Positions 40,749 through 50,311 of a stretch of DNA of 64,000 nucleotides are shown one piece after another (the first letter of the stretch is position 1; each line of letters begins with the position of its first letter). The notes under the pieces were generated by a model that searched no databases, was not told the DNA's origin, and saw only the letters and a program-made list of their open reading frames with translations. A program made the translations under genes and the position numbers. Source of the DNA: Angustibacter luteus (GTDB lineage Bacteria; Actinomycetota; Actinomycetes; Actinomycetales; Angustibacteraceae); the NCBI RefSeq assembly GCF_039541115.1, contig NZ_BAABFP010000002.1:434001-498000 (forward strand). The letters run 5' to 3'.

Positions 40749-42608
40749 TCAGCCGACCGTCGAGTCCGGCGTGAGCCGGTGGTCCGCGGCGATCAGGTCG
40801 GCCGCGCGCTCGCCGATCATGATCGTGGCCGCGTTGGTGTTGCCGCTGACCACGGTGGGCATGACGCTCGCGTCGGCGACCCGCAGCCCGGCGACGCCGA
40901 GCACCCGCAGCTCGGCGTCCACCACGCTGCCGATCCGGCACGTCGACGTCTCGTGGTAGACGGTCAGTGCGTAGTGCCGGGCCAGGTCCTCGAGCAGCGC
41001 GTCGCTCGGGGCCTCCCCCGCCTGGTGCCCGTGGGCGACGGCCAGGGCCGGCGGCACCATGAGCGCGCCGAGGCCGTCGCCCGGCCAGTGGTCGACGATC
41101 TCCAGCGCGCGCCGCATCACCGCGACCATGACGGTGACGTCGTGCGGGTCGGCGAAGTAGTTCAGGTCGATCACCGGGGCGTCGGCCACGTCGGAGCTGG
41201 CCAGCCGGACCTCGCCCTCGGAGTGCGGCTGCACGGGGTTGGGCAGGACGACGACGGTCTGGGCCGTGGGCGAGAGCGCCGACTCGGGATCGGGGAAGAA
41301 GGCCGCTGGGTCGACCCGGAACACGTGGCGCCAGATGTCCGGCGTGTACCCGCAGGCGAGCAGCCCGATCTGCGCGTCGTGGGTGTGCGGGTCGCCGAGC
41401 CCGGTGGAGAAGAAGGCGACCGCGTCGTAGAAGGAGGACGACGGCAGCCCCTTGCCGGTCGTCGCCCACTCGGTCACCTGCCGCACGGCCTCGGCCTTGA
41501 GCCCCGCCAGCTCCGGCGGCAGACCCGCGTCGTCGGCCGGGTCCGCGGGGAGCGGTCCGGCCGGGGCGCGCAGCGCGTCCGGGCCGAGCGCGATCGCGAT
41601 CTCGGTCATCGTCAAGGCGACCCCGGGGGCCGGGAAGGCGAGTGGCACGTGCAGGTGGTCCTTGAGGTGCTTGCCGACGTGCGGGTTGTCCAGCAGGCAC
41701 TCCACTCCGACGGCCGCGAGCTCCGCGGTCGGCCCGATACCGGACAGCAGCAGCAGCTGCGGCGAGCCGATCGCCCCGGCGCTGACCACCACCTCACGCT
41801 CCGCGTGCAGGGTCGTCGTCCCGCCGTCCGCGTCGCTGTAGCGGATCCCGGTGGCGCGCAGGCCGTTCGGTCCCTGGTCCAGCAGGACCTGCTCGACCTG
41901 GGCGTGGGTGATGACGGTCAGGTTCGTCCGGCCCATCGCGGGAGCGAGGAACGCGTCGTACGTCGAGGACCGCTGACCGTTGCGGGTGGTGGTCTGGAAC
42001 AGCGACGCGACGCCGGTCGGGCCGCCGCGGTCGCGACCGTTGTAGTCCCCGTTCGGGATCCCGGCAGCCTCGGCGGCCTGCACGAACTGCTCTGCCGCAA
42101 CGGTTCGCGGCGATCGCACCGACACCCCGAGTGGGCCACCGGTGCCGTGCACCTCGTCGTCGATGACCACGCCCTCCGGCGGGTCCGGCGGCACCAGGTC
42201 CTCGCTCCTGGTGAAGTACGGCAGCACGTCGTCGTACGACCAGCCCTTGGCGCCGTCCGCCGCCCAGCCGTCGAAGTCACCGGGGTGGCCGCGCACGTAG
42301 GCCATGTAGTTCAGGCTCGACGAGCCGCCGAGCATCTTGCCGCGCGGCACCATCATCCGGCCGTCGGTCAGGCCCTTGCCGGCGCCGCCCGGGTCACCGG
42401 TGTACATCCAGTCGACGTCCGGGTCGAGCTGCAGCGAGGCGACCGCGGCGGGCATCGCAGCGCGGTCCGGTGGGGTACCGCCGGCCTCCACGAGCGCGAC
42501 CCGCACGTCCGGGTTCTCGGTCAGCCGCGCCGCGATGACGGCGCCCGCCGAGCCACCCCCGACCACGATGACGTCGAACCGGTCGGCTGCCGCAGCTTCG
42601 TCGCTCAT
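40749..42608 (-). CDS. GMC family FAD oxidoreductase
   Basis: VVGGGSAG, PRGKMLGGSSSLN, SAGAIGSPQLLLLSGIG, YHETSTC and VADASVMP..GNTNA. Confidence 0.93.
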   Translation of the reverse strand: MSDEAAAADRFDVIVVGGGSAGAVIAARLTENPDVRVALVEAGGTPPDRAAMPAAVASLQLDPDVDWMYTGDPGGAGKGLTDGRMMVPRGKMLGGSSSLNYMAYVRGHPGDFDGWAADGAKGWSYDDVLPYFTRSEDLVPPDPPEGVVIDDEVHGTGGPLGVSVRSPRTVAAEQFVQAAEAAGIPNGDYNGRDRGGPTGVASLFQTTTRNGQRSSTYDAFLAPAMGRTNLTVITHAQVEQVLLDQGPNGLRATGIRYSDADGGTTTLHAEREVVVSAGAIGSPQLLLLSGIGPTAELAAVGVECLLDNPHVGKHLKDHLHVPLAFPAPGVALTMTEIAIALGPDALRAPAGPLPADPADDAGLPPELAGLKAEAVRQVTEWATTGKGLPSSSFYDAVAFFSTGLGDPHTHDAQIGLLACGYTPDIWRHVFRVDPAAFFPDPESALSPTAQTVVVLPNPVQPHSEGEVRLASSDVADAPVIDLNYFADPHDVTVMVAVMRRALEIVDHWPGDGLGALMVPPALAVAHGHQAGEAPSDALLEDLARHYALTVYHETSTCRIGSVVDAELRVLGVAGLRVADASVMPTVVSGNTNAATIMIGERAADLIAADHRLTPDSTVG

Positions 42609-42691
42609 GGTCGCCACCTCTCTGTGGTCTGTGGCGATGTCTACCACTCAACGACATCGCCCGACCAGAGCGCGCCAGCCTCCGACGCCCG

Positions 42692-42753
42692 GCTGACCTG
42701 ACGCAGCTGGGGCACCCGGGTGAGCCCGGGTGCCCCAGCTGCGTCAGGTCAGC
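42692..42753. terminator. Perfect 29-bp-stem inverted repeat downstream of the DUF4386 gene
   Basis: GCTGACCTGACGCAGCTGGGGCACCCGGG-tgag-CCCGGGTGCCCCAGCTGCGTCAGGTCAGC. Confidence 0.75.
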
Positions 42754-42762
42754 GCGTGGGCC

Positions 42763-43515
42763 TCAGACGGAGCCCGGGGCGTTCCGGAAGCCCTTGAAGG
42801 TCAGCCACACCCCGAGCGAGAACTCCCAGACGGCGATCGGGATGGTGCAGAGCGCGCTCGGGACGGACATCTGGTCCCAGCCGCCGAGGATGGTGACGGT
42901 CGCGGACATCAGGATCAGCGGGGCCCCGATGAGGCCGAGGGTCGGGATGATCCGCGGGACGAGCCGGCCCTTGTACATCGCGTAGCCGAGGAACAGGCCG
43001 TTGATACCGGCGATGAAGCCGGGCCCGAGCAGGAAGGTCCACTGCCGCATGGCGACGAGGGCCTCCCCCGTGACGCCGAGCGCGTCGGCCTGCGCTCCGG
43101 TGGCGCCGGCGAAGCGGTGCTGCAGCGTGACGACGGACAGCACGCACATGACGCCGACGACGATGAGGGTGGCCTCGACGACGCGCGAGGTGACGAAACC
43201 GATCGCGGCGGTCCGGCTGACCCGCCGGGTGGCCGGGTACAGCGCGACCGCGGTCCCGATGCAGGCTACGGCCGTGATGACCTCGAGCCAGGAGCCCCAG
43301 AACACCGCGGTGTTGCTGCCCGAGCCGCTGATGTACGCGGTGGGGTCGTCGATGAGGCCCGCGAACAGCTTGAGCTGCGGGAACGATGCGGCGAAGGTGA
43401 GCAGGTACATCAGGCCGCCGGCCAGGGCGACCTTGCGCATCGGGTCCATCCCGGTGCCGACAGGCGTTGTCGCGGCCGGTGGGGTGGTCGGTGCGGTGTC
43501 GGTGTGCGTGGTCAT
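42763..43515 (-). CDS. DUF4386 family membrane protein
   Basis: AGGLMYL..GTAVALYP..SRVVEA..LVPR..LGLIG..WEFSLGVWLTFKGF. Confidence 0.85.
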   Translation of the reverse strand: MTTHTDTAPTTPPAATTPVGTGMDPMRKVALAGGLMYLLTFAASFPQLKLFAGLIDDPTAYISGSGSNTAVFWGSWLEVITAVACIGTAVALYPATRRVSRTAAIGFVTSRVVEATLIVVGVMCVLSVVTLQHRFAGATGAQADALGVTGEALVAMRQWTFLLGPGFIAGINGLFLGYAMYKGRLVPRIIPTLGLIGAPLILMSATVTILGGWDQMSVPSALCTIPIAVWEFSLGVWLTFKGFRNAPGSV

Positions 43516-43790
43516 GAGGTGCTCCTTCGAGTCGGTTCTGGCGGGGTGATCGCGCTGGCGGGGATCGCGGTGACGGAGACGAGCGGCAGCCCGATGTCGC
43601 TGAGCCGGCGGAGCAGTCCGTGCAGGGCGGACTGGTCGGCAACCGGTCCGTGGATGACGGTGGTGCCGTCGTCGTGGCGGGTGAGGGTCATGCCGTCGAA
43701 CCAGGTGGCCCAGCGGGGTGCGAGGTGCCCGCGGACACGGATCTCGTACCGGTCGGCACCGCCGTCCTGGCTCTCGCTTCGTTCGCTCAT
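43512..43790 (-). CDS. Small conserved hypothetical protein (ACT-like fold suspected)
   Basis: YEIRVRGHL..W..WFDG..GPVADQSALHGLL..GLPLVSV; ATGA overlap with DUF4386. Confidence 0.78.
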   Translation of the reverse strand: MSERSESQDGGADRYEIRVRGHLAPRWATWFDGMTLTRHDDGTTVIHGPVADQSALHGLLRRLSDIGLPLVSVTAIPASAITPPEPTRRSTS

Positions 43791-43825
43791 GCCGCGAAGG
43801 TGTCAGCGGACCTGGTGAGCGGTCA

Positions 43826-43841
43826 TCACCACATGTGGTGA
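43826..43841. promoter_or_regulatory. Perfect palindromic operator candidate
   Basis: TCACCACATGTGGTGA, 35 bp upstream of the 43790 start. Confidence 0.6.
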
Positions 43842-43862
43842 GCGGGATGGTGACCTTCCGGG

Positions 43863-45617
43863 TCAGCTTCCTCGCTGGCCGGGAAGCAGGTCGAGCTCCT
43901 GGGCCCGCCGGACCGCGGCCCGGCGGCTGGTCACGCCGAACTTCGCGTAGATGCTCTTGGTGTGCGTCCGCATGGTGTTCAGCGAGACAGAAAGCTCGCG
44001 GGCGATCTCCGGGCCGCCGAGGTCCGTGCCGAGCAGCCGCAGGACGTCGAGCTCGCGCTGGCTCAGCGGGTCCACGAGCGCCGTTCGCCCGGACGGGTGC
44101 TGCACCGGCACTGCCGCGGTCGCGGCGAGCAGGTGGCGCACGTAGCCCGGCACAGCGGACTGGCGGAGCGATGCCCGGAGCAGGGCGGTCATCGGCGGGC
44201 CCTCGTCGACGAAGACCCGCACGTAGCCCTCGGGCTGGGCGACGGCGAGGGCGCGGTCCACCGCGGCGACCGCGGCGACGGCGTCCGCGCGGGAGTCGTG
44301 GGCCAGGGCCAGCAGCACGAGCAGCTCGATGACGGTGCCGCCGCGCTCGCCGTCCTCGGCTGCCGTCAGCAACCGCTCCAGCAGGCCGACGGCGGCGTCA
44401 TCACGCATCGCCAGCAGCAGGCGCGCGAGCGTGACGTGCTCGTACTCGCGCAGGTACGACAGCTCGTCGGCGGCGGACAGCCCCTGCTGACGAGCCCAGT
44501 CGGCGGCGGCGCTCAGCTCACCGCGGCGCAGCCGCAGCCGGGCGCGCACCGCGGGGACCGGCCGTACGTTCGGCGAGTAGTCCCCCTCGTAGACGCGGTC
44601 CGCCTCGTCGAGGAGCACGAGCGCGCCGTCGAGGTCACCCCCGGCCTCGCGCAGCCGGGCGGTGACGACCCGCCAGCGGTACGGGTTCTGCGGCAGTCCG
44701 TTGTGGGCGCCGAGGTGCTCGTTGACCGCCAGGTGCTCGGCGGCGGCGGCGAGGTCGTTCTGCTCGAGCAGCACGCCCGCCAGTCCCACGTGCATGTCCG
44801 CGGTGCCGCGCAACGGCTCGTCGGGCGACGTCCGGACGGCGAGGTCGAGCGCCTGCTCGTAGGCGCCGACGGCGTCGCCCAGCCGGCCCTGCGTGATGCG
44901 CAGGTCGCCGAGGGCGATGCAGCAGCCCAGGGCGTCGGCGACGAACCCCACGCTCTCCAGGCCGGCGATCGACTCGGTGTACGCCGCGTGCGCGCCGGCG
45001 AGGTCTCCCGCGGTCCACGAGGCGAGGCCGGCCAGGGCACCGGCTGCCGCCCGGACGAGGTCGCCGTCCGGTGGCGCCAGCGACAACGCCCGCCGGGCTC
45101 GCGCGATCGTGCCGGCCAGATCCCCTTGTCTTAACGCCAGTGCGGCCCGGTACATCTCGACGGCGGCCGGGACCGTCCGGTACGCGGCTTCGTCCACGAC
45201 CACCAGGCCGGGTGGTGGCTGCTCCAGCCAGCTCCCGTCGTCCGCACGCAGGCAGCGTTCGATGCCCGACAACCGCTCGTCGATCGAGGCGAAGTCCGAC
45301 ACCTGCGCCAGCGCCCCGACGAACGCGACGCCGAGCACCGGACGCTCGCGCACCACCTCGTCCGGCAGGGACTGCACCCACCGCCCGAGCTCGGGTTCGC
45401 GCCGGTCCCGTTGCATCGCAGGCATCGCGAGCTCCATCAGGTCTGCGGCGCGGCCGGTGTCGCCGCCGGCCAGGGCGTGGCTGATCGCCGCCGACGGGTC
45501 GCCGTCGGCCTCGCACCAGGCGCTGGCCCCCAGCCGCCCAGCCAGCCGGGGCCGCACCAAGGCGCCCGGCTGCCGACCGGGAACGTGGGTCTTCGTATCG
45601 AGCAGCGGGCCTACCAT
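43863..45617 (-). CDS. MalT-like LuxR transcriptional regulator lacking the NTPase module
   Basis: PLLDTKTHVP..VRPRL N-terminus joined directly to ASAW..AISHALA; TPR-like helical region; C-terminal DPLSQRELDVL..SLNTMRTHTKSIY.K HTH. Confidence 0.8.
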   Translation of the reverse strand: MVGPLLDTKTHVPGRQPGALVRPRLAGRLGASAWCEADGDPSAAISHALAGGDTGRAADLMELAMPAMQRDRREPELGRWVQSLPDEVVRERPVLGVAFVGALAQVSDFASIDERLSGIERCLRADDGSWLEQPPPGLVVVDEAAYRTVPAAVEMYRAALALRQGDLAGTIARARRALSLAPPDGDLVRAAAGALAGLASWTAGDLAGAHAAYTESIAGLESVGFVADALGCCIALGDLRITQGRLGDAVGAYEQALDLAVRTSPDEPLRGTADMHVGLAGVLLEQNDLAAAAEHLAVNEHLGAHNGLPQNPYRWRVVTARLREAGGDLDGALVLLDEADRVYEGDYSPNVRPVPAVRARLRLRRGELSAAADWARQQGLSAADELSYLREYEHVTLARLLLAMRDDAAVGLLERLLTAAEDGERGGTVIELLVLLALAHDSRADAVAAVAAVDRALAVAQPEGYVRVFVDEGPPMTALLRASLRQSAVPGYVRHLLAATAAVPVQHPSGRTALVDPLSQRELDVLRLLGTDLGGPEIARELSVSLNTMRTHTKSIYAKFGVTSRRAAVRRAQELDLLPGQRGS

Positions 45618-45637
45618 CGCCGCCCAGTGTCGCGCGG

Positions 45638-47818
45638 CTAGGGCTGCTCGGACAATGAGCCGGACAGCGCATCGAAGGATGCGCCAGCGGATGCCTCGGA
45701 CAGGGCCTCGGTGAGCAGCGCCACCAGGGCCTCGAGCTGGACGTCGGCCGAGGACTCGACCTCGTCCGCGCCGTCCAGGGCCCGGGCTGCGAGTCCGGCC
45801 TTGCTGTCGATGAGCTCGGCGATCTTCGTGTCGATGGTCTGCGCGGCGATGATGCGCCACGCGGTCACCGGCTCGGTCTGGCCGATGCGGTGGCTGCGGT
45901 CGATCGCCTGCGTCTGCTCGGCGTCCGTCCAGGACAGCTCGGCCAGCACGATGTTGGAGGCGACCTGCAGGTTGATCCCGACGCCCGCCGCGGTCAGCGA
46001 GCAGACCGCGATGGCGACGTCCGGGTCGTTGACGAACGCGTCGATCTGCTTCTGCCGCACCGAGTTCGTCTGGTCGCCGCGGATCGAGGAGTACCGGATC
46101 CCCCGCTCGGCGAAGGTCTCCTCCGCGACGTCCATGACGTCGACGTGCTTGGCGAAGAACACGACCTTGCCGGCGCTGCGAGCCAGCTGCGCGGCGTAGT
46201 CCGCGGCCGGTCCGGCCTTGGCCTGGCCGATGCGGCGCATCATGCTGAACACGTTCTCGTCGCTCTTCTTCGCCGAGGTGTTCTTGCGCTCCCAGGTGGC
46301 CACCTGGCGGACGAGGTCGTGGTCGATGCCGTCGACCGTGGGGCCGACGGACCGGGTGGCGAGGGCGCTCTCGTAGCGGGACACCATGCGGCGGGCCAGA
46401 TCGCGCTCGGCCTTGCGGATCGAGCGGCTGGCCTTCTCGTCGAGCTCGACGGGCAGGTCGGCGATGCGGCGGGCCGGGATGTCGGCGGCGACGTCGACCT
46501 TGCGCCGCCGGACGATGCCCATGTCGACGACGCACTGGCGGGCGGCCGAGTAGAACCCGGGGTCGGCGGGCGTCAGGCCGGTCTCCTCGAGCGCGTGCAT
46601 CAGCTCGGCCCGCGGCTTCTTCTCGTCGATCCAGCCGAGGAACTGCCAGATGGCCCGGAAGTCCTCGATGTCGTTGATCAGCGGGGTGCCGGTGAGGGCC
46701 ATCAGCAGCGGCCGCGGGTTGCGGAACCGGATGCGCTCGGACAGCTCCAGCACGTGCTGCGAGCGCTGGGACGTCTTGTTCTTGATGAAGTGCGCCTCGT
46801 CGACGACCATGCCGTGGAAGCCCAGGTCGCCGAGCCAGCCCACGTGGCGGTCGAGCACCTCGTAGTTGACGATGACGATGTCCGCGAAGCCGTCGATCGT
46901 GTCGCCGTCGCCGTGGATCACGGTGGCCGGGCGGTTCGGCGTCCAGATGCTCGCCTCGCGCGCCCAGTTGGTCTTGACGACGTTCGGAACGACCACGAGC
47001 AGGGGGAAGGCGTTGGCCGCCTGGGCGGCCAGCAACGCCTGGGCGGTCTTGCCCAGGCCGGGCTCGTCGGCGAGCAGGAAGGTCCGGTGGCCGGCCGCGG
47101 CGGCGGCGACCAGCTGGGCCTGGTGCTTCATCAGCTCGTGGCCGCCCGGGGCGTTCAGGGACGACGGCGCGGGCAGGGCCAGGCCGGTCGACGCGCCACC
47201 ACTGGCCCGCTCGAACGAGTTGAACAGCGGTCCGAGCAGCTCCCAGCCGTTCAGGAAGCCCGCGGGGGTCTTGGGCCGGGGCGCGGAGAAGTCCGGGGCG
47301 AGGAAGGGGTTGGCGAGCTGCCGGGACACGACCGACTGCGGCACGACGCGGCGCTCGTTCGCCACCGGCACGACGGTCTGCGGCTGGGCGGGCGCGACGA
47401 TCTCGGGCGCGGACTCGATGCCGGCCTCGCGCAGCATGTCGCGGCGCAGCGACCTGGCCGCGTCGGACACGACGGCATCGTCGGCGAGCAGGGCGAGCAG
47501 CGAGGTGTCGCGGGCCGTGGACTTGGCCAGGATCACGGCGATCCCGTCGAGGCGCTTGAGCTCCTTCGCCTGCTGGGCCTCGCTGATGGTCTTGTCGGCC
47601 CGGATCCGGTCGCGCTCCTCGCGCACCAGCAGGGCCACGACCTGGAACTTCGTCCGGACCGACGGCACCACGCGGCCCCGCTGGACGGCGGCCTCGACGT
47701 CGCGCACCGTGCGGGCGAGCACGGGGATGATGCCCTCGTTGTCGCGGGGGCGGGCACGCTGCTGCTGCCGCGGGGCAGGACGACGAGCGCCCGGTTGGCG
47801 CTGGCCCTGTCGAGCCAC
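45638..47818 (-). CDS. SNF2-family (DEAD/DEAH box) helicase
   Basis: LLADEPGLGKT, VVDEAH, LTGTP, AGVGINL and QAIDRSHRIGQ; AAGGAGGAG RBS. Confidence 0.92.
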   Translation of the reverse strand: MARQGQRQPGARRPAPRQQQRARPRDNEGIIPVLARTVRDVEAAVQRGRVVPSVRTKFQVVALLVREERDRIRADKTISEAQQAKELKRLDGIAVILAKSTARDTSLLALLADDAVVSDAARSLRRDMLREAGIESAPEIVAPAQPQTVVPVANERRVVPQSVVSRQLANPFLAPDFSAPRPKTPAGFLNGWELLGPLFNSFERASGGASTGLALPAPSSLNAPGGHELMKHQAQLVAAAAAGHRTFLLADEPGLGKTAQALLAAQAANAFPLLVVVPNVVKTNWAREASIWTPNRPATVIHGDGDTIDGFADIVIVNYEVLDRHVGWLGDLGFHGMVVDEAHFIKNKTSQRSQHVLELSERIRFRNPRPLLMALTGTPLINDIEDFRAIWQFLGWIDEKKPRAELMHALEETGLTPADPGFYSAARQCVVDMGIVRRRKVDVAADIPARRIADLPVELDEKASRSIRKAERDLARRMVSRYESALATRSVGPTVDGIDHDLVRQVATWERKNTSAKKSDENVFSMMRRIGQAKAGPAADYAAQLARSAGKVVFFAKHVDVMDVAEETFAERGIRYSSIRGDQTNSVRQKQIDAFVNDPDVAIAVCSLTAAGVGINLQVASNIVLAELSWTDAEQTQAIDRSHRIGQTEPVTAWRIIAAQTIDTKIAELIDSKAGLAARALDGADEVESSADVQLEALVALLTEALSEASAGASFDALSGSLSEQP

Positions 47819-48084
47819 AGGCTCCTCCTTCAGTTCCCGGCGCGCGTCTCGCGGCGGGACGGCGCGCCCGAACGCGGGCGTACCGCTCGGGGCGGTGGAC
47901 GTCGAGCGCTGTGCGCCCGTCCCCTGTGCCCCGCCGACGCGCCTCGTCCCGCAGATCGGGAAGACATCGACGCATCGGGTCCGATCGTTCCCACATCCGC
48001 GGGAACCGGCGGTGTCATACCCACCGCTGGAGCCATCGTAGTGGACCCGGGCGCTCCGGGATCATCCTGGCCCGGTCGGCGCGC

Positions 48085-48996
48085 TCAGGCGGGCCCACCC
48101 GCCGGCGTGCGGCCCAGCTGCACGTCGAGGAACTCGTAGGCCAGCTCGCGCTGTGGGGCCCGGAACTCGTGGTCGCCGGGCACGACGTGGACGCGCACGT
48201 GGGTCGCCCCCAGGTCGTGCAGGCGGGGCCCGAGGCCGCGCGCGCCGCGGCTCCACACGTCGTCCGCGGCCGCGATCACCAGCACCTCGCACTGGGAGGC
48301 CAGCGCGAGCACGTCCTCGACGTCGTACCGGGCGGCGAAGCCGGGCACGACCAGCTCGGCCTGGAAGCCGGCGTCCCGCGCGAACGAATCCCGGTAGGGG
48401 ATGCAGCCGCAGTTCGACACGCTCGCCCGGATGCGCGCGTCCCAGGCTGGCGCCCACAGCGCGATGCGGCCGCCGTAGGAGTGTCCGATGAAGCCGACCG
48501 AGGTCGCGTCGACCTCGGCCAGGGTGCTCGCACAGTCGATGGCCAGCGAGACCTCCTGCAGGCAGTCGGCCAGCAGAGTGCGGCCGAGCACCAGGCGGGA
48601 GGACAGCTCGAACCAGCCGACGTTCGCGCCGTCCGCCCAGTTGCGGTCCTCGAAGCCGATCGCATCCGGCGCGATCGTGACGAACCCGCGCTGGGCGAGC
48701 TCGGCCGCGTACGCCTGGTCGGGGTCACCGCGCAGTCCGCACACCTCGCTCTTGCCGAGGTCGAACTCGCCGGCGTGCTGGTGGTGGCAGAACACCAGCG
48801 GCGCCGGCGCGGCAAGACCGTCCGGGACGCAGACGAACGCGGACGCGCGACCCGACGGGACGTCGTAGCTGACCCGCCGACGGACGTACCCGTCGCACTG
48901 GACCTCCTCGTGCACCTCAGGTTCCAGAGACGCCGGGGTGGGGACGGGGCCGAGGGCCTGCCGCAGCACCTCGTGGGTCAGGGACGTCGCGCTCAC
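48085..48996 (-). CDS. Dienelactone hydrolase-family alpha/beta hydrolase
   Basis: HQHAGEFDLGKSE, ELAQRGFVTIAPD, GHSYGG nucleophile elbow and GDHEF; start uncertain. Confidence 0.82.
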   Translation of the reverse strand: MSATSLTHEVLRQALGPVPTPASLEPEVHEEVQCDGYVRRRVSYDVPSGRASAFVCVPDGLAAPAPLVFCHHQHAGEFDLGKSEVCGLRGDPDQAYAAELAQRGFVTIAPDAIGFEDRNWADGANVGWFELSSRLVLGRTLLADCLQEVSLAIDCASTLAEVDATSVGFIGHSYGGRIALWAPAWDARIRASVSNCGCIPYRDSFARDAGFQAELVVPGFAARYDVEDVLALASQCEVLVIAAADDVWSRGARGLGPRLHDLGATHVRVHVVPGDHEFRAPQRELAYEFLDVQLGRTPAGGPA

Positions 48997-49031
48997 GCCG
49001 GCTATCGAAGCACGCACACCGGCTCACCCGG

Positions 49032-50255
49032 TCACGAAGCTCGGCGCCACCCTCCTAGCCGGGTGGCAGCCAGGCCGATCGCGGCGGCCAGGACGACGGC
49101 CGCCGCCGGCAGCGGGACCGCATCGATGCCGCTGTGGTCGGCCACCACCGCTGCGAGGGCGGCCCCGAGGGCGATGCCCCCGTTGAACAGGACGGGGATC
49201 AACGCACCGGCGGTCGCGCGGTGCTCGGTGCCGGCCTGGCGCATGATCTCGGTCTGGGCCAGGGCAGGCAGTGCACCCGAGGCGACACCCCACAGCAGCA
49301 CGACCAGGAGCCCGAGGTTCGGGTGACCTTCGCTCGCTCGCAGGGCGACCAGGGTGATGGCGGTCGCGAGGACCGAGACGACCAGGGCGGGCCGGGTGCG
49401 GTCGCGCACCCGTCCGGCGAGGGCGATGCCGATCGCGGACGCGAGGCCGAAACCCAGCAGCATCGCGCTGGTCCCGCCTGGCAGCCGGTCAACCGGGGCG
49501 AGCACGGTGATGAACGTGAAGGCGCCGTAGTGGCCGACGAGGACGAGGGCGACGAGCCCGGTCACCGCGAGCAGCGACGTGATCGGCGTGCGCGGGGTGC
49601 CGCGGCGGCCGGCGACCGGGGTGCGAGGGCTTCGGTGGCCGGGAACGACGACCACCCGGACCAGGACGGCGATCAGTGCGGTCGACGCGGCCAGGGCGGC
49701 GAACGAGGTGCGCCAGCCGACGAGGTCGGCGACCAGACGCGCGACGGGAGTACCGAGGACCATGCCCAGGGTCGCGCCGCCGAGCACCACCGAGACCGCC
49801 GCGCCGAGCAGCCGCTGGGGGACCAGGTCGGCCAGGTGCGCGTTGACGGTCGCCCAGAGCAGTCCGACCGCGGCCGCACCCAGCAGCCGGGCCGCGACTG
49901 CCGTCGCGTAGGTGGGCGCGACCGCCGTCAGCCCGGCCGAGCCGGTCAGCACCAGCAGGGCCGTCATCACGACGTCCCGCCGGTCGAAGCGCCGGGTCAG
50001 CGCCACCAGCGGGAAGCTCGCCACGACCACCACGCCGGCCCAGAGCGAGACGAGCTGCGCCGCCTGGGTGCCCGTCACGCCGAGGCCCTGGCTCATCGGT
50101 TCGAGCACCGCTGTCGGCAGCATCTCCGCCGTCACCATGGAGAACGTGGCCGAACCCAGCACGAGCAGGCTGGGCCAGGGCAGGCGCTGGGCAGCGCCGC
50201 TCGGTACGGACGTGGGTGCGGCAACGGGTGAGGGCTGGACGGCTGTGCGGCTCAT
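49032..50255 (-). CDS. MFS transporter (DHA1/AraJ-like)
   Basis: FSMVTAEMLP, ARLLGAAA, GMVLGTP..GWR, HYGAFTF and FNGGIALG. Confidence 0.9.
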   Translation of the reverse strand: MSRTAVQPSPVAAPTSVPSGAAQRLPWPSLLVLGSATFSMVTAEMLPTAVLEPMSQGLGVTGTQAAQLVSLWAGVVVVASFPLVALTRRFDRRDVVMTALLVLTGSAGLTAVAPTYATAVAARLLGAAAVGLLWATVNAHLADLVPQRLLGAAVSVVLGGATLGMVLGTPVARLVADLVGWRTSFAALAASTALIAVLVRVVVVPGHRSPRTPVAGRRGTPRTPITSLLAVTGLVALVLVGHYGAFTFITVLAPVDRLPGGTSAMLLGFGLASAIGIALAGRVRDRTRPALVVSVLATAITLVALRASEGHPNLGLLVVLLWGVASGALPALAQTEIMRQAGTEHRATAGALIPVLFNGGIALGAALAAVVADHSGIDAVPLPAAAVVLAAAIGLAATRLGGWRRAS

Positions 50256-50262
50256 GCGATCG

Positions 50263-50294
50263 ACGCTAGACTTTGACACTAATGTCAATGTCAA
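50263..50294 (-). promoter_or_regulatory. MerR-type promoter/operator for the MFS gene
   Basis: Minus strand: -35 TTGACA, 20-bp spacer containing the dyad TTGACA-N4-TGTCAA, -10 TAGCGT, 7 nt, then ATG. Confidence 0.8.
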
Positions 50295-50311
50295 GCCCGT
50301 GGGGGCGAGAG

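Noticed and set aside
45638..47818. SNF2 helicase as part of an anti-phage system
   Set aside because: No methylase, nuclease or other defence partner is adjacent.
43863..47996. Apparent 1377-aa helicase-LuxR giant fusion
   Set aside because: The upstream part is an off-frame reading of the helicase gene; the LuxR protein begins at 45617.
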